Shown here piece by piece: positions 12,801 to 26,500 of a stretch of DNA of 64,000 nt (position 1 is its first letter; each line of letters opens with the position of its first letter). The translations under genes were made by a program, and so were the position numbers. The DNA is from Perna viridis (taxonomy: Eukaryota). The notes below the pieces were generated by a model, which did no database searches, was not told where the DNA came from, and saw only the letters and a list, made by a program, of their open reading frames with translations. Location of the stretch: assembly GCA_037379345.1 (NCBI GenBank), contig CM074523.1:2426525-2490524 (forward strand), read 5' to 3'.

Positions 12801-15800
12801 GAAAGCAATATACAGAGAAAAACTGGAGAATTCTAAAAAGGTCACCTGTTTGTGTAGAATGGAGTGTTGTTATATCCTACATGCAGAGGTTGAATGGAAC
12901 AATTGATTGGTCTAGTTTTAATTTGAATGTATAATAAAATAATATACTGAATCTCAGCCTACATCTCAATACTATTTTTTCATATAAAAAAATCTACCTT
13001 ACATTACATCAGATCTATAAATAAACTTACAACATGATGAAGGTTCGTCACTCATGTCACCACAATCATCATCTTTGTCACAGAAGAAAATATCCCTGAT
13101 ACAGTTTGTATTATTACAGCGGAACTCCTTTGCATCACAGGTAATGGCATCTTTAATAAAATAACAAAAAACATTTTTTTATTAAATTATAAAATTTGAA
13201 TGTCTAAAATTAAAAGGTTACTGAGATTAAAGTGAGAAAAATTTATAGAACACAAAAAATCGACACTTTCATTTCAGCTATCTAGAAGTTGATGTATGAC
13301 AAACAACTGACACATACACACTCAACAACCAATCAAGACTGCATTAAAAATATCATTTCCATGAAAGATTGCAGAAATTTTGTGACAAAAATGTATTTGT
13401 GACTTCGTCAGTACAGCAGTAAAACTTCACACTCTCAATGACTAATGGTGGGATATAAAAAACAATTTCTGCCAACAAATAGCTATCAGTACACCATAAA
13501 ATAGCTGGTAAAGGTGGGACATAAGAAATAATACCTGCCAACAAACAGACATCAGTAAACACCTAGTAAAGGTGGGACATAAAAAATAATCCCTGCCGAC
13601 AAACAGATATCAGTACACCATAAGACACCTGGTAAAGGTGGGACATAAAAAATAATTCCTGCCAACAAACAGATATCAGTACATCATAAAACACCTGGTA
13701 AAGGTGGGACATAAAAAAAATAATCCCTGCCGACAAACAGATATCAGTACACCATAAAACACCTGGTAAAGGTGGGACATAAAAAATAATACCTGCCAAC
13801 AAACAGATATCAGTACATCATAAAACACCTGGTAAAGGTGGGACATAAAAAATAATACCTGCCAACAAACAGCTGTCAGTACACCATAAAACACATGGTA
13901 AAGGTGGGACATAAAAAAAATCCCTGCCAGCAAACAGACATCAGTACACCATAAAACACCTGGTAAATGTGTGACATAAAAAATAATCCCTGCCAACAAA
14001 CAGATATCAGTACACCATAAAACACCTGGTAAAGGTGGGACATAAAAAAAAATAATTTCCTCCCGACAAACAGATATCAGTACACCATAAAACACCTGGT
14101 AAAGGTGGGACATAAAAAACAATACCTGCCAAAAGACAGATATCAGTACACCATAAAACACCTGGTAAAGGTGGGACATAAAAAAAAAAATTTCCACCAA
14201 CAAACAGATATCAGTACATCATAAAACACCACACTGAGGAGTAACCTAAATTTGACAATCTATGGCCCAAGCTGTCTATAATGTTTAAACAGCATAGTAT
14301 AATTTTAACTATAGATCTTACCACAACCATCTTTCTCATCCTCTCCCTCAGAACAGTCTGAATCACCATCACATTTCCAGGCTTTTATTATACAACGACC
14401 ATTCTTACATTGAAACTCATCATCTTTACATGTTCTGTTGGGCTGTACTGTAAACCGAACATGATCAATTGTTTTATATTTACTTTACTACAAAATACTT
14501 CAAACTAAAATTAAACAAATCAACATAGGCATTCTAAATTCATATTAGTTATGTCTATAATCTGACAATGAAGCCTTTAAACCATAAAAAGACCAAATAC
14601 CTATACATTAGACTTACAACATCCAATTGTTTCATCACTTTGGTCAGGACAGTCTGGATGTCCATCACATTCCCATGATTTAGGTAGACATGTACCATCA
14701 TTACACTCAAACATGTCAGTAGGACACGTCTCATCTGGAAAAAAATCTGGAAAAGTTATCTCCCTTTGACAGCAAAGCCTTACTTTCAGTTGTATTGAAA
14801 ATCAGCACATGAGCAGTACAGACATATATAAATTGTAGCAAAGCTTTATTTTGGCAGTCACCATTTGTGAATATTTAAATAGTAAAAGCAAAGAGACAAT
14901 TAAAACAAAAAATTGGCAGTAACAATGCCTTATTGGGCTAGCCACACCCCACTTATACAGGAAGTTGATATCAGACAGATATTGTGACAATAATTATTTG
15001 TATCACTCTATATAGACAGAGTTTGGACGGACAGAAGAACAAGATGATTCCAATTTACCTCCCACCTGTTGAGCGGGGGTATAAAAATCAACTTAGTTAC
15101 ACATATGTGACAAATTAAGATTGGCAGATAGATTTCTAGTAGTTTTGAATTCCTGTTTTAGTGAGATTTAACCTGTTTGTGCACAGTTGAAACTATAAAA
15201 CCACTCAATTAAATTGGACACAGATAGGTAAATTAACATTTCTCTTAGGCTTTGGCAAAGTTGTCAAAAGGATACCTTTATAAAGTTTGATTCTGAAATG
15301 GCAAGACTCCTTCAAGTTCAAGTACATACTTTTAGAGGTATCAATTGCCCCTCATACATTTTTAAAATGTTTGATTGCGCCAGTCTACCTGTTCATACAT
15401 TGCAATAAAGGAGTAAATTCATGTTTCAACTTACTGTTGAAGTTTTCTATATGCCTAATTTAAAGCTAGAATAGTATCCCAATACTAATACACAGAAAAT
15501 ACAGGCTGTTGTGTCATAATTCGGTCACACGGAAGGCACACAACTATGCTTCTACATGGTTTTCAAAGAATTTTCACAAAAATGAGAGGATCATGGGGAG
15601 TTTTTTTAACCAAAAATGCACAGCACAAGCTATGAACAAGAAAATCTTTTTGTCAGGAGTTGTGATGTTACAGAAAGTTTTTTTCTGTATAAAAATCAAG
15701 AACAAATGTGATCCATGTTTTCTACATAAAAAATGTCTCATGAAATAAGATTTTTTAACACAATTTGGCTAAATTTTTGAATTATGCTTTATTTTCATCT

Positions 15801-17562
15801 ACTATTTTTGTGCAACACATGTATTAACAGCAATAAGAATTTATTTTTCACAAAATTACATATTTAACTAGTGAATAATGCATTAAACACTTTAATTTTA
15901 AGGTTCATTTTGATATTTTCTAAACATACTCTTTTACCTAAAGAATGTATGATAAGTATCTCACAATTTCTACTTGTATATGTCATGTAACTTGGCTAAA
16001 TTGAGTACTTAGATATGTAAATGAGTTCACATTTGTAAATATTGGGCATTAATGGAACAGTGATACCCCACCATGTAATGTTGAAAAAAGTGGATGGCAA
16101 AATGTTAAAAAAATCTTAACTTAAAATTGCTAAAAATTGAAATTTACCTACATTTTATGGTAGTTAACAACTGTACATAGTTTAAATAAATTCATTGATC
16201 CATTTTCAAGTTATTACCTAGAAACCATTGTGGGAAGAACAGACAGAGAGACGGACAGATACCTTAACTTTTCAGTGTGTATCACAGACAAAGAGACAGA
16301 CAGATACCCTAACTTTTCAGTGTGTATCACAGACAAAGAGTAGGACAGACACCCCAACTTTTCAGTGTTTATCACAGACAAAGAGACGGACAGATACCTT
16401 AACTTTTCAGTGTGTATCACAGACAAAGAGACGGACAGACACCCTAACTTTTCAGAGTGTATCACACAAAGAGACGGACAGACACCCTAACTTTTCAGAA
16501 TGTATCACAGACTAAGAGACAGACAGATAACCTAACTTTTTAGTGTGTATCACAGACAAAGAGACGAACAGATACCTTAACTTTTTAGTGTGTATCACAG
16601 ACAAAGAGACAGACAGACACCCTAACTTTTCAGTGTTTAATACCTACCCACTTTGTGTGCTGGGGTATAAATATACAATGGCACAACAGGACACAACCTG
16701 GGGAAAACAGATATCTAGCTCTGATATCAACCTATCTCGCTGACCTACTAATTTAAACTCAGTTTAATTTGTCTGTCATAAGCTGCAAAAATCTTTTAAA
16801 GCAATCAAGACTATCTGAAATTATTTGGTGGAAACCAAACTTAAACACGAGAACTGTTTAATGTCTATAGACCTAATCTTCACAATAGCATGGGCAGCAT
16901 AAAACAAATCTTAAAATTTCTTGAAATGCATCAATTAAAATGAATTAAAAATCAATTTTCCATTCTACTGTAAACTTACTAGCACAGTCTTTTTCATCAG
17001 ATCTGTCACCACAATCATCATCTGTATCACAATGCCAAGTTATAGGTATACAGCTGCCACTGGCACATTGGAATTTACCTTCAGGACAATCTACAATAAT
17101 ATTCAGGGAAATTTAGAAAAGAAACCTGGACAATTTCAAAAGAAAATATCAGGAAAAAAATCATAATAACGAATTGAGCAAGTATGACACCCCCAAATTG
17201 ATTCATATCAAAATCTAAAATAGGAGGTGCACTATGGGAACATCTAACGAAGATTCTGTAAAAAGATCATTACATTCCATTCCCTGGTAAAGGAGGAGTA
17301 ATGAATAAAAGATGGGTACTCCTATGCATTACAGAATGAAGTACAGACGGAAGGAAGACATCCATATCACTATATAATTCAACTGTAATTTCAAGTACAT
17401 GTACTATTATATTAATAATGATAACTTTGTCTACATGCATTCATGTATTATTTAATAGTACTCATTTTGTGGCAATAAAATTAATCTCAGTATTTTTGTT
17501 TGTATGTTAGGGCCTCAGGGAAGATTAGTTGTACACTAACTGTGTTACCCTCTTAAAATAAG

Positions 17563-17595
<33 letters not shown>

Positions 17596-20500
17596 CATTT
17601 TTATATATACTCCCAACTCTGCAACCAACTGTGCAACTTTGGGATATACCAATTAAGGAGCTTATTCGATGAGGGAGGCATCTGAAAAGGGGGGACATGG
17701 TACAAGTCATCAGGCAAAGTCAATTGACCTATATCTAAGGATTCCCTCCTACAGAAGTTGAGTAATCTGTTACAACAAAGTTTAATTGATGGACAGATGG
17801 ATGGACAAAAATGAACAGGGTGATTGAAATATTGGTATAAAAAGCTTCAAATCTAAGATGGTGTTACTCACCTGTTGTTTTATTTGGACAATTTTTCTCA
17901 TCCACATTATCCCAGCAATCCATCACACCATCACAGACCCAGCTCTGTAGGATACACTGTGATGTTGTATTACAAGGAATCACTTCCTCTTTTGTAGAAG
18001 CAAATGCTCGAATGTTACAATCCAAGCCTACAATACAAAGAACTTTAATTACTTCAGAGTCAAAAAAGGAGTTACTGCTTCTGTAAAGTTGAATAGTAAA
18101 ATTTATTTAGACAATACTCTATCTTATATGAATCAACATACTATGGTTCTTTGAGAATAAATATTGTATGTACAAGTAACAAGGTGAATATGTCAAAGAG
18201 ACAACAATTCCACAGGGATGAAAAAAATGTCAGCTTAAGGCCAAACATGGCTCGTCAATGAACCATCAGGCTACAGCTGTCTTAAAACAACATTACACAT
18301 GGGTGCAGTGAAAAAGTTGCCCTGATATACTCCAGCAAGACAAAGGTAAACTAAAGTGAAAATAACAGACATATTTTTCAACAGATCAAAATCAACACAC
18401 CAGTTCTGTTCTCAACATTCATACCAAGTTTTGTTATAATTAGTCAGGTAGTTTCTGAGGACACGGTTTTTGAAAGAAATAACACTGAAAATTATGAAAT
18501 AACGTTGAAAGAAGGCAGTAATTCTGACATGGCTTAACAGATTAACACAAATATTTGACCACAAATTGATCTCCTTATGCTGAACATTTTTACCCTACCC
18601 ATGTCAGAATTAGGCTAAACCTAATGGTTCTGGATTTACATGTAAAAAACTATTGTCTGACCCCTATGTTCTATTTTAAGTAATGGTTTTTCAATAGAAC
18701 AAAAATTCCCACATCAGTTCTATACAGAGCACCCTATGAAAAATTTATACAAAGTTTGGTTCTAATTGGTCAAGTAGTTTAAGAAGAAAAGAGTTGTGAA
18801 TTTTTTTCAAAGACGAAGAACAACAATAGATGACCAGTGATGGCAACAGCTCACATGGTCCTTTGGCCAAGGTGAGCTAAAAAAACGTATACAATTTTGA
18901 AGAAAAGTTCAATTTCTCTTTTAAGGTCCCAAATTTTTTTTAAAAATTAGGGTAATAACCCAGCAAACCCATTCTGATTATAAACCGATTCTACGATAGA
19001 ATTATTCACTTTCAAATTTGCAAACAGATAACACATACTCAAAGTACAAACCCTACTAAAAATAGCCATTGAAATGTGCAAGTAATTCAGATAACAATGG
19101 GACTCTGGATTAAACTAAATTTTTTTTTTTAAGATTTACATTGCACATTGTTGCAGTAGTTGTTAAATTGATTAAATTAGCTCATCTTGTAGTACTTTGA
19201 TTTTTATACTTATAGGGTAAGTTACTACTAGTATTTATAATGGTTATTAACAAAAGTAATGATGTAAAAAGAGAAAGTTTTTTTGATTTTTTGTTTTGTT
19301 TTGTTATAGTTTTTTTTTTTTTTTTTTTTTGGGGGGGGGGGGGGGGCAATCTGAGGCAGGGATTAGAAATTTCCAAACTCATTTTTACATTATTTTGTAA
19401 CCTGTATGAAGATAGCTTGTTTAACTGGATTTAAAAATGAAAACTCTTGAGTTTAACACTTATTTTACTATGGCTGCAGTCTGTGGTATGTGTGAAAGAC
19501 CAGAAGAATGTCCCGGAAGAGTGGTGTACTGAGTGTGAGAAAGCTCTCTGTTCCTCCTGTAGTCCACTTCACAAAAAGGAGAAAAAATCTAAAGACCACG
19601 ACACATTGACATATGGTCTCACTAATCACTTCTAACGTTTCCATTACTTTACATGTTAAAAAAAGTAATTTTCAAAGTCTCACTGTGAATTCCCAGGACA
19701 AATGACATCTTAAAGTTGCATACCGTTGCAAAGCTTGGAAAATAAGGCTTCCAAAATCATTATGTTAATGGTACGATGATAGTAGAAATTCTTCACAAAA
19801 TTTACTTGAATAAATAATAATGAAAATCCAAATTTTTACCTGTTCTGCTAACTGACAGCATGAAGGCAAATTACTCACACACGTAAACAATATTCATACA
19901 CTTTTGTAGTTAATTACATATATGATTTTAAAGTACAAATTCTCAGCTTCAATTTGACTACTTTTAATCATAATACACACAAATAATGCACTTACAATGC
20001 ATATGTCTAGGTTCAGTGTGTTTTTGGTACTACATAGAGGGGTGGCCATTTGACCCGAAAGTGGTTAGTGAGATCTATATAACAACTTTCTCAAATTACC
20101 TCCCTTTAGCAAAAAATATTAACCAGAATTATCCAGTTCATAAAGAAAAGTACCAGTACCTCTGCAGGGGACATGATCAACTTGCATGTAACAAATGTCT
20201 CAAAACTCAACACAAAACATACAAGAAGATACTTTCCCTCCATGACATTGTAAGACAGGTAAAGAGGTCACATGCTTTTGAAGATGTGACATCTGAAATG
20301 AAGGAAACTTCTGAAATTTTATGAAATTGCATTGCAGGACAGGAAAAGAATCTGAATGGACTTCTGGATCAAAGAAAGTAAATGGCAAGAAAAGTGGAGG
20401 ACATAATGGAGAGAACCACAGAGTACCCGAAGAAAGTCAAACAGGACATGTTGTCTGACATTGATGCTAAGTGGAGGACATAATGGAGAGGACTATAACA

Positions 20501-23500
20501 TACCTGAAGAAAGTCAAACAGGACATGTTGTCTGACATTGATGCTGTCATAAAACAAGAAAAGAATAAAAGTAGGGTGACCCAGAAAAAACTTCAAACCA
20601 TGGAAAATCAGATAAGTGAGATCTATTATCAGAAAGAATCAATTCAGTTATATGCCACCAATTTACAAACTTTAATTGGTATAAAAGAGATGGAGAAAGT
20701 TGTAGAGGAGTCCAAGGCAGTACTTACAGACCTGTCTGACAGGGGAGCTCTGTGTTGTATCAATATAGCATTAAAACAGGACAGAACCATTGAAGATGTC
20801 TTGTCGAAAAAAATGATACTTGGAGATATGAATACTATAAAAATTCCTTCAAGTCTGTCAATAGAAACCAGTAAATCCCAGCAAGCTCAGATGATGACAT
20901 ACACAATGCAAGAACAGCTCCAACTTCAGCAGAAGGTAGAGTTAGGGAATGGTATTCATTATGGTTGTTGTACTTTACCTGGTGGACTAATGGTGGTTAC
21001 TGATATCTTATATTCTAAATTAAAAGTTATTAATCATTAAATCAACCATTCATTTGATATTACAGTAGTAGGTGAGAACCAAGTTGCTGTATCACTTCCA
21101 TGGGATAATATCATCTCCATTGTTGATGTTAGTAGTAAGAAAGTCACTAGAATACTGTCTACAGAGAAGGAAGTGAGAGGGTTGAACATAAGCACCGAGA
21201 CAATTGACACCATACTCAATGATAAAACTGTTAAAGATGAATCCCATATAGTGACTGGTGGGGATAGGATCTGTTATACGTGTCCTCCAACTACAGACAC
21301 AGTCACTGTCCTGAATTCTAAATATAATGTCATCTTTAAATATCAAGGCAGAACCTTACTGGTTAATCCATTTGGCGTGACAGTCGACAGTCATAACAAT
21401 GTCTATGTTATTGGTGCTCTATCCTATAATTTATTAGTTATATCCCCTGATGGTAAGAAAGTCCACCAGCTGCTGAGTAAGGATGATGGACTGTTGTATC
21501 CTACTGCTATTCACTATGACTGTCATACAAAACAAATACTCTCTGGGATAATTAATGATGTTTTGTTTTATTATACATAACAATTACTAATTTGTACTGT
21601 TATTTGTTAACATAAATTGATATATTCAGTGTTCTATATAAAAAATTTTCATCTTAGTAATGATTTGTTTAATAAAAAGAGTAGTTTTAATAAAGTATTT
21701 TGTCCCCATGCATTTATAAATTAACACTCTAATCAAAATGTTCGAAAAAATATTAATTAAGAAATTTTAAGTCACCAAACAAAACCATTTTTCATGTACC
21801 AAAGTTGTAGCATTTTTGTACACAACAAAGTACATAAAGTAACTAAAATCATACATACAAAGTAACAAAAGCAAATGGCAACTCAGACTCCACTAAAAAC
21901 TGGGAGCATGGACCAGGTGCACCGGTAGGGTAAGCGTCCTCTGCTTTTCTAGAAACACCCACGGTGTTGCTCATAAAAATTCAAGTCCGGGGTAGACAAA
22001 TCAAACAAAATCGTCTTTCATGCACTTTTGTTCTTTGAAATGATGAGTAAGACAATGGATGTCAAGACTACCAAATATGAGATCACTATATACAACACAT
22101 GAATCAATCCATGCAATCATAATTACAATTTGTTATTGATCGGATCTTCAACAACCTGTCAAATCAATCAGGTAATCACTTTTGTTAACACAGTACATGT
22201 GACAACTTGTTTGTTCATATATCTAATGGAATGGTTTGTTTCGTTTTTCATATTATACAAATTTATTGTAAATAACTGAAAATTATGAAATTTACATAAA
22301 CTGATTAACCATATATTAATTCACACAACCTCAACTAGAAATAATTGAGATGGACTCCATCTCTATTGGCCACGCTGTGGCAATTTAGCTATATATATGA
22401 ATTTGATTCAGCTGCTCAACCCACATGCAAAATATCAAAAGATCATATCGAAAGACAAAAAAGTTCCAATCTGGACATGAGTTGGACAACAACAACAAAA
22501 ACAAAGAAGAATTTGACCTTATGGTCAAGGTTCAAGGACACAAGCCTAAATACATGGTACACAACACATCATTTTTCCAAGATTTATCCACAAGCCAGAT
22601 ATCAAAAGCCCAGACCCAAAGACAAAAAAGTAGCAGACTGAACACAAAAATGTCATAAAAAAACAGAAATTTGACCTTGAGGTCGAAGTTTAAGGTCATA
22701 AGAAGTTGAAGTTCAAGGTCATAAGCCTAAATCCATGGTACAAAACACATCATCTTTACTTCATCTACCCATATGCCAAATATCAAAATTCCATATCAGA
22801 AGACAAAACAAAAAAAAAAACAATCTGGACACAAAATTGTCATCAAAAGACACAAAAATTGCAGCCTGGACACGACCCGTAACTGACAATAGAACAGACA
22901 GAGTGATCACTACAGTGTGACTGCCACTTTTATAACAAGGTAGGTCACCAGTCTTCAATTACAAATTTGTCAGTAATTGAACTATTAGCCATCACCAATC
23001 CGTCAAATAGTTGCATGGATTTGATTAGGGGCTGCATGCCTACATTCGCCATGTGGGGCCAATCAAAAACATTAAAAAACTTACCACAGTTAATTTCATC
23101 AGAAAAGTCAGCACAGTCTTTGTCGCGATCACAACGGAAATTTTTCTGGATACATGAGCCATCATGACATCTGAACTCTGTGTCAGGATTACATGTACAG
23201 TTCACCTCGTCACTGAAGTCTCCACACTGGTTCTTTCCGTCACAAACCTGATGGTTAGGAATACATTTGTAGTTTTTACACTGGAAACTAGATGTACAGG
23301 GAGTTCTCTCTGTAGAAAAAAAATACACTAAACTTAATTGTAGAACGTGGAACATTACTACATGGCACTAAGTTATTGTTAGAAAATATAAAAACAAGAG
23401 GCTCCCAGGAGCTTGAATTGCTCACCAAGTAATTTTTCACCAAGTTATGACAGCATTTTACCCAATGACATTAAGTTATGACAGCACATTAAGTAATGAC

Positions 23501-26500
23501 ATCACTTTACCTGATGGTATTGAGTTATGACATCACTCTACCTAATGGCAATTAAGTTATGACAGTACTTTACCTAATGACATTAAGTAATGACAGCACT
23601 TTACCTCATGATATTAAGTTATGACAGGACTTTACCTGATGGCAATAAAGTTATGAAAGATCTTTATCTAATGACATTAAGTTATGACAGCACTTTACCT
23701 CATGACATAAGTTATGATAGTACTTTACCTGATGGCATTGAGTTATGACATCAATTTACCTAATGGCATTAAGTTATGACAGTACTTTACCTAATGGCAT
23801 TAAGTTATGATAGCACTTAACCTCATGACATTAAGTTATGACAGCACTTTACCTGATGGCATTAATTTATGACAGTACTTTACCTAATGACATTAAGTTA
23901 TGACAGCAGTTTACTTAATGACCCAACAATAAAAATAAACTTTTCATGTTGCTATAAAATGTTTATCATGTAAGTTGCATTAATTCCATCAAAGAAATGT
24001 AAGTTTCTACGTTTACAGGGACATTGCAACATCCTATACAGACATAAATACTGGCTCTAAATGGTTGTCAGTAAAAGTATATTTCAGAAATGATATAAGC
24101 AATAAGCTAATGATCATTTGAACTTTAAACACAGATGCATGGCATAAGTTAAAGGAAGTTTCATATATTCACCGATGCAGACATCAGCAATATAGCAGTA
24201 CATTATCAATAAAGTTTATTGTTATTTAAATACAAAAAGATCTACCTTTAATAAGAAAAGCCTGAAATCATATTTCTAAATACAAAAATACCAATCATAT
24301 ATTTGTTTGTTTTTGTTTGTTGGGGTTTAACGTCCATATATACTGCAAATTTATATATGCTGTACATGTGTTTCAAGGAGTAACCTCTCATCAGCAGCAT
24401 TAGAATCAAATATATAGGAAGATCTAAATACAAAATTAATTGTATAAAAACCAAACTATAGATACTGAAAACACTTTGACATTAATACATGCCTTATTTG
24501 TCACTTAATCTTCTACTTTTTTCTTCATTTAAATCAATTCAAGTTATGAAATGGAAACCTATATGCAGACAGTTGGACAGACTTAAAAGCATGAGGACTA
24601 TTTCACTTACTGCAAACAGATTCCAATTCATCGCTTCCATCTAAACAGTTTGTAATATTGTTACAAACTTCCCAGCCAGGAATACATTGTTGTTTATCAT
24701 GGCATACAAAGTCCATCTTTGCACACTGAGCCCCCTTAGCTGCACATGTCTTCCCATCAGGCAAGAGTACCATGTTGTTGGTGCAGTTACATAGGGCTTG
24801 ACCTTTATTGTTGACATAACACTGATCTGAACATCCAAAGGCATTCATATAACATGGGTTGTCTGCACCTGAAGGTAGATATAAAGAAAATAAACAAAAT
24901 ATTGGATGATAATAATAATACTGATTTAATTATTAATAAGGAGGGGGACTTCTCCATAATAGGAGACACACAGATTCAATAGTAAGGAGAGGGGACTTCA
25001 GACTTCTCCATAATAGGAGACACACAGATTCAATAGTAAGGAGGGGAGACTTCAGACTTCTCCATAATAGGAGACACACAGATTCAATCAGTATATAAAC
25101 ATAGTGCAAAGTTTGAATAAAATTAGTTTAACAATTTTTGAGTTACAAACTACATAAAGTAGGTATACCTTAGCTTAACTGACATATATAATCATTGGTG
25201 ACGCAATTAAAAAACCACATCCCACAATATGGCATACCTATACAAAACTTATGTCAAAGTATCAAGTGGTTGTATCAAAGTTTTTAAAAGACTGGCCAAC
25301 TGAGGGCAAATGTCAAAGGTAATGTTTCAGAAAGATTTTTCCATCAATTTAAAGCACAATATTAAAATTCCTCAAAACGTTTCCATCATAAATATGTTTT
25401 GAAATAACCCCTACTTACATTCCTCAGCATCCTTTGCATAAACAACCAATCCCATTGGCTGTCTGTCCAGCATATCTCTGAGCTTAGAATGCATATTATC
25501 GTCATACTTATTGACACTAACAACAGAACGCAACATCCAATCTGTCCAATACACAAAGTCTCCATAGACAGTCAGACCAAAGGAGTGTAAAGGGATTGTT
25601 GTTAAAATAACCTGAAAATGTAAGTCATATAAATGAAATGCTTAGATTTAATAAAAATAAACTGTCTAGAACATATTAAATTGACATCAGGTCTGCATCA
25701 AATTATCAAACACTACATTAATTACAATGTGTTTAACTGTTTTATATTTTTTCCACAGTGGCCAGATTTTAAAGGGGGAGGGTTTTGATCAAGCCACAAT
25801 TTTTGTGCCTGTCCCAAGCCAGTAATTTCTGGCCTCTGTATGTCTTGTTTCGTTTCACGAATAGTTTATTTCTTATGTTACTTGAGCATATAAGGGCAAC
25901 TCTTTCACTGCATCTGTGTATAATGAAGTTTTCGGGCCAGCTGCAGCCTGCCATGTGGTAAGAGGATGTAAAGAGAGATAACTCAATATCTTTTGGAAGT
26001 TAAAGAATTGTAAATGGCAACCTTACCACCAAGACATAATTTTACTGACAATTGGAAACAGAAATCAGCAATTGGAAGTATAGAATACACTGTATAAAGT
26101 GAAAGCCGAACTTTCTTTCAAAACCAAAAAAATCATGTCTTAGGACTCTTCAGGGGCAATGAAATGGTGATGAAATGCCTCTATCCCTCAAAGGTTTTCA
26201 AGAATTTAACTTTAAAGGGCATAAAGAGTGTCATTCAGGATTGTTCAGAGGAACTAGTAGACATACAGACTGACAGACTGATTCTATATTATACCTCTCT
26301 GTGATTACCACTGAAGTCAGATCTTTCTATTTTATCCAACCTAGCATCTGACCAGTACAATCTCTGGGCTTTGTGGTCAATAGCCAGACCATTGGGTGTT
26401 CGGATATCCTCAGTGATTATTGATACAATATCGTAGCCATTTAGTGTTGACCTTTGAATCTTAGGAGCAAGGTCATTCCAATTTGTCCAAAACATTTGAC

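Noticed and set aside
13353-14203. Hydrophobic repetitive ORFs
   Set aside because: Translations of the ~66-bp minisatellite, with frameshifts from the variable A-run.
19310-19346. T-run followed by a G-run upstream of the pseudogene
   Set aside because: Simple homopolymers, error-prone in assemblies; no evidence of function or of a retrocopy tail in the right orientation.
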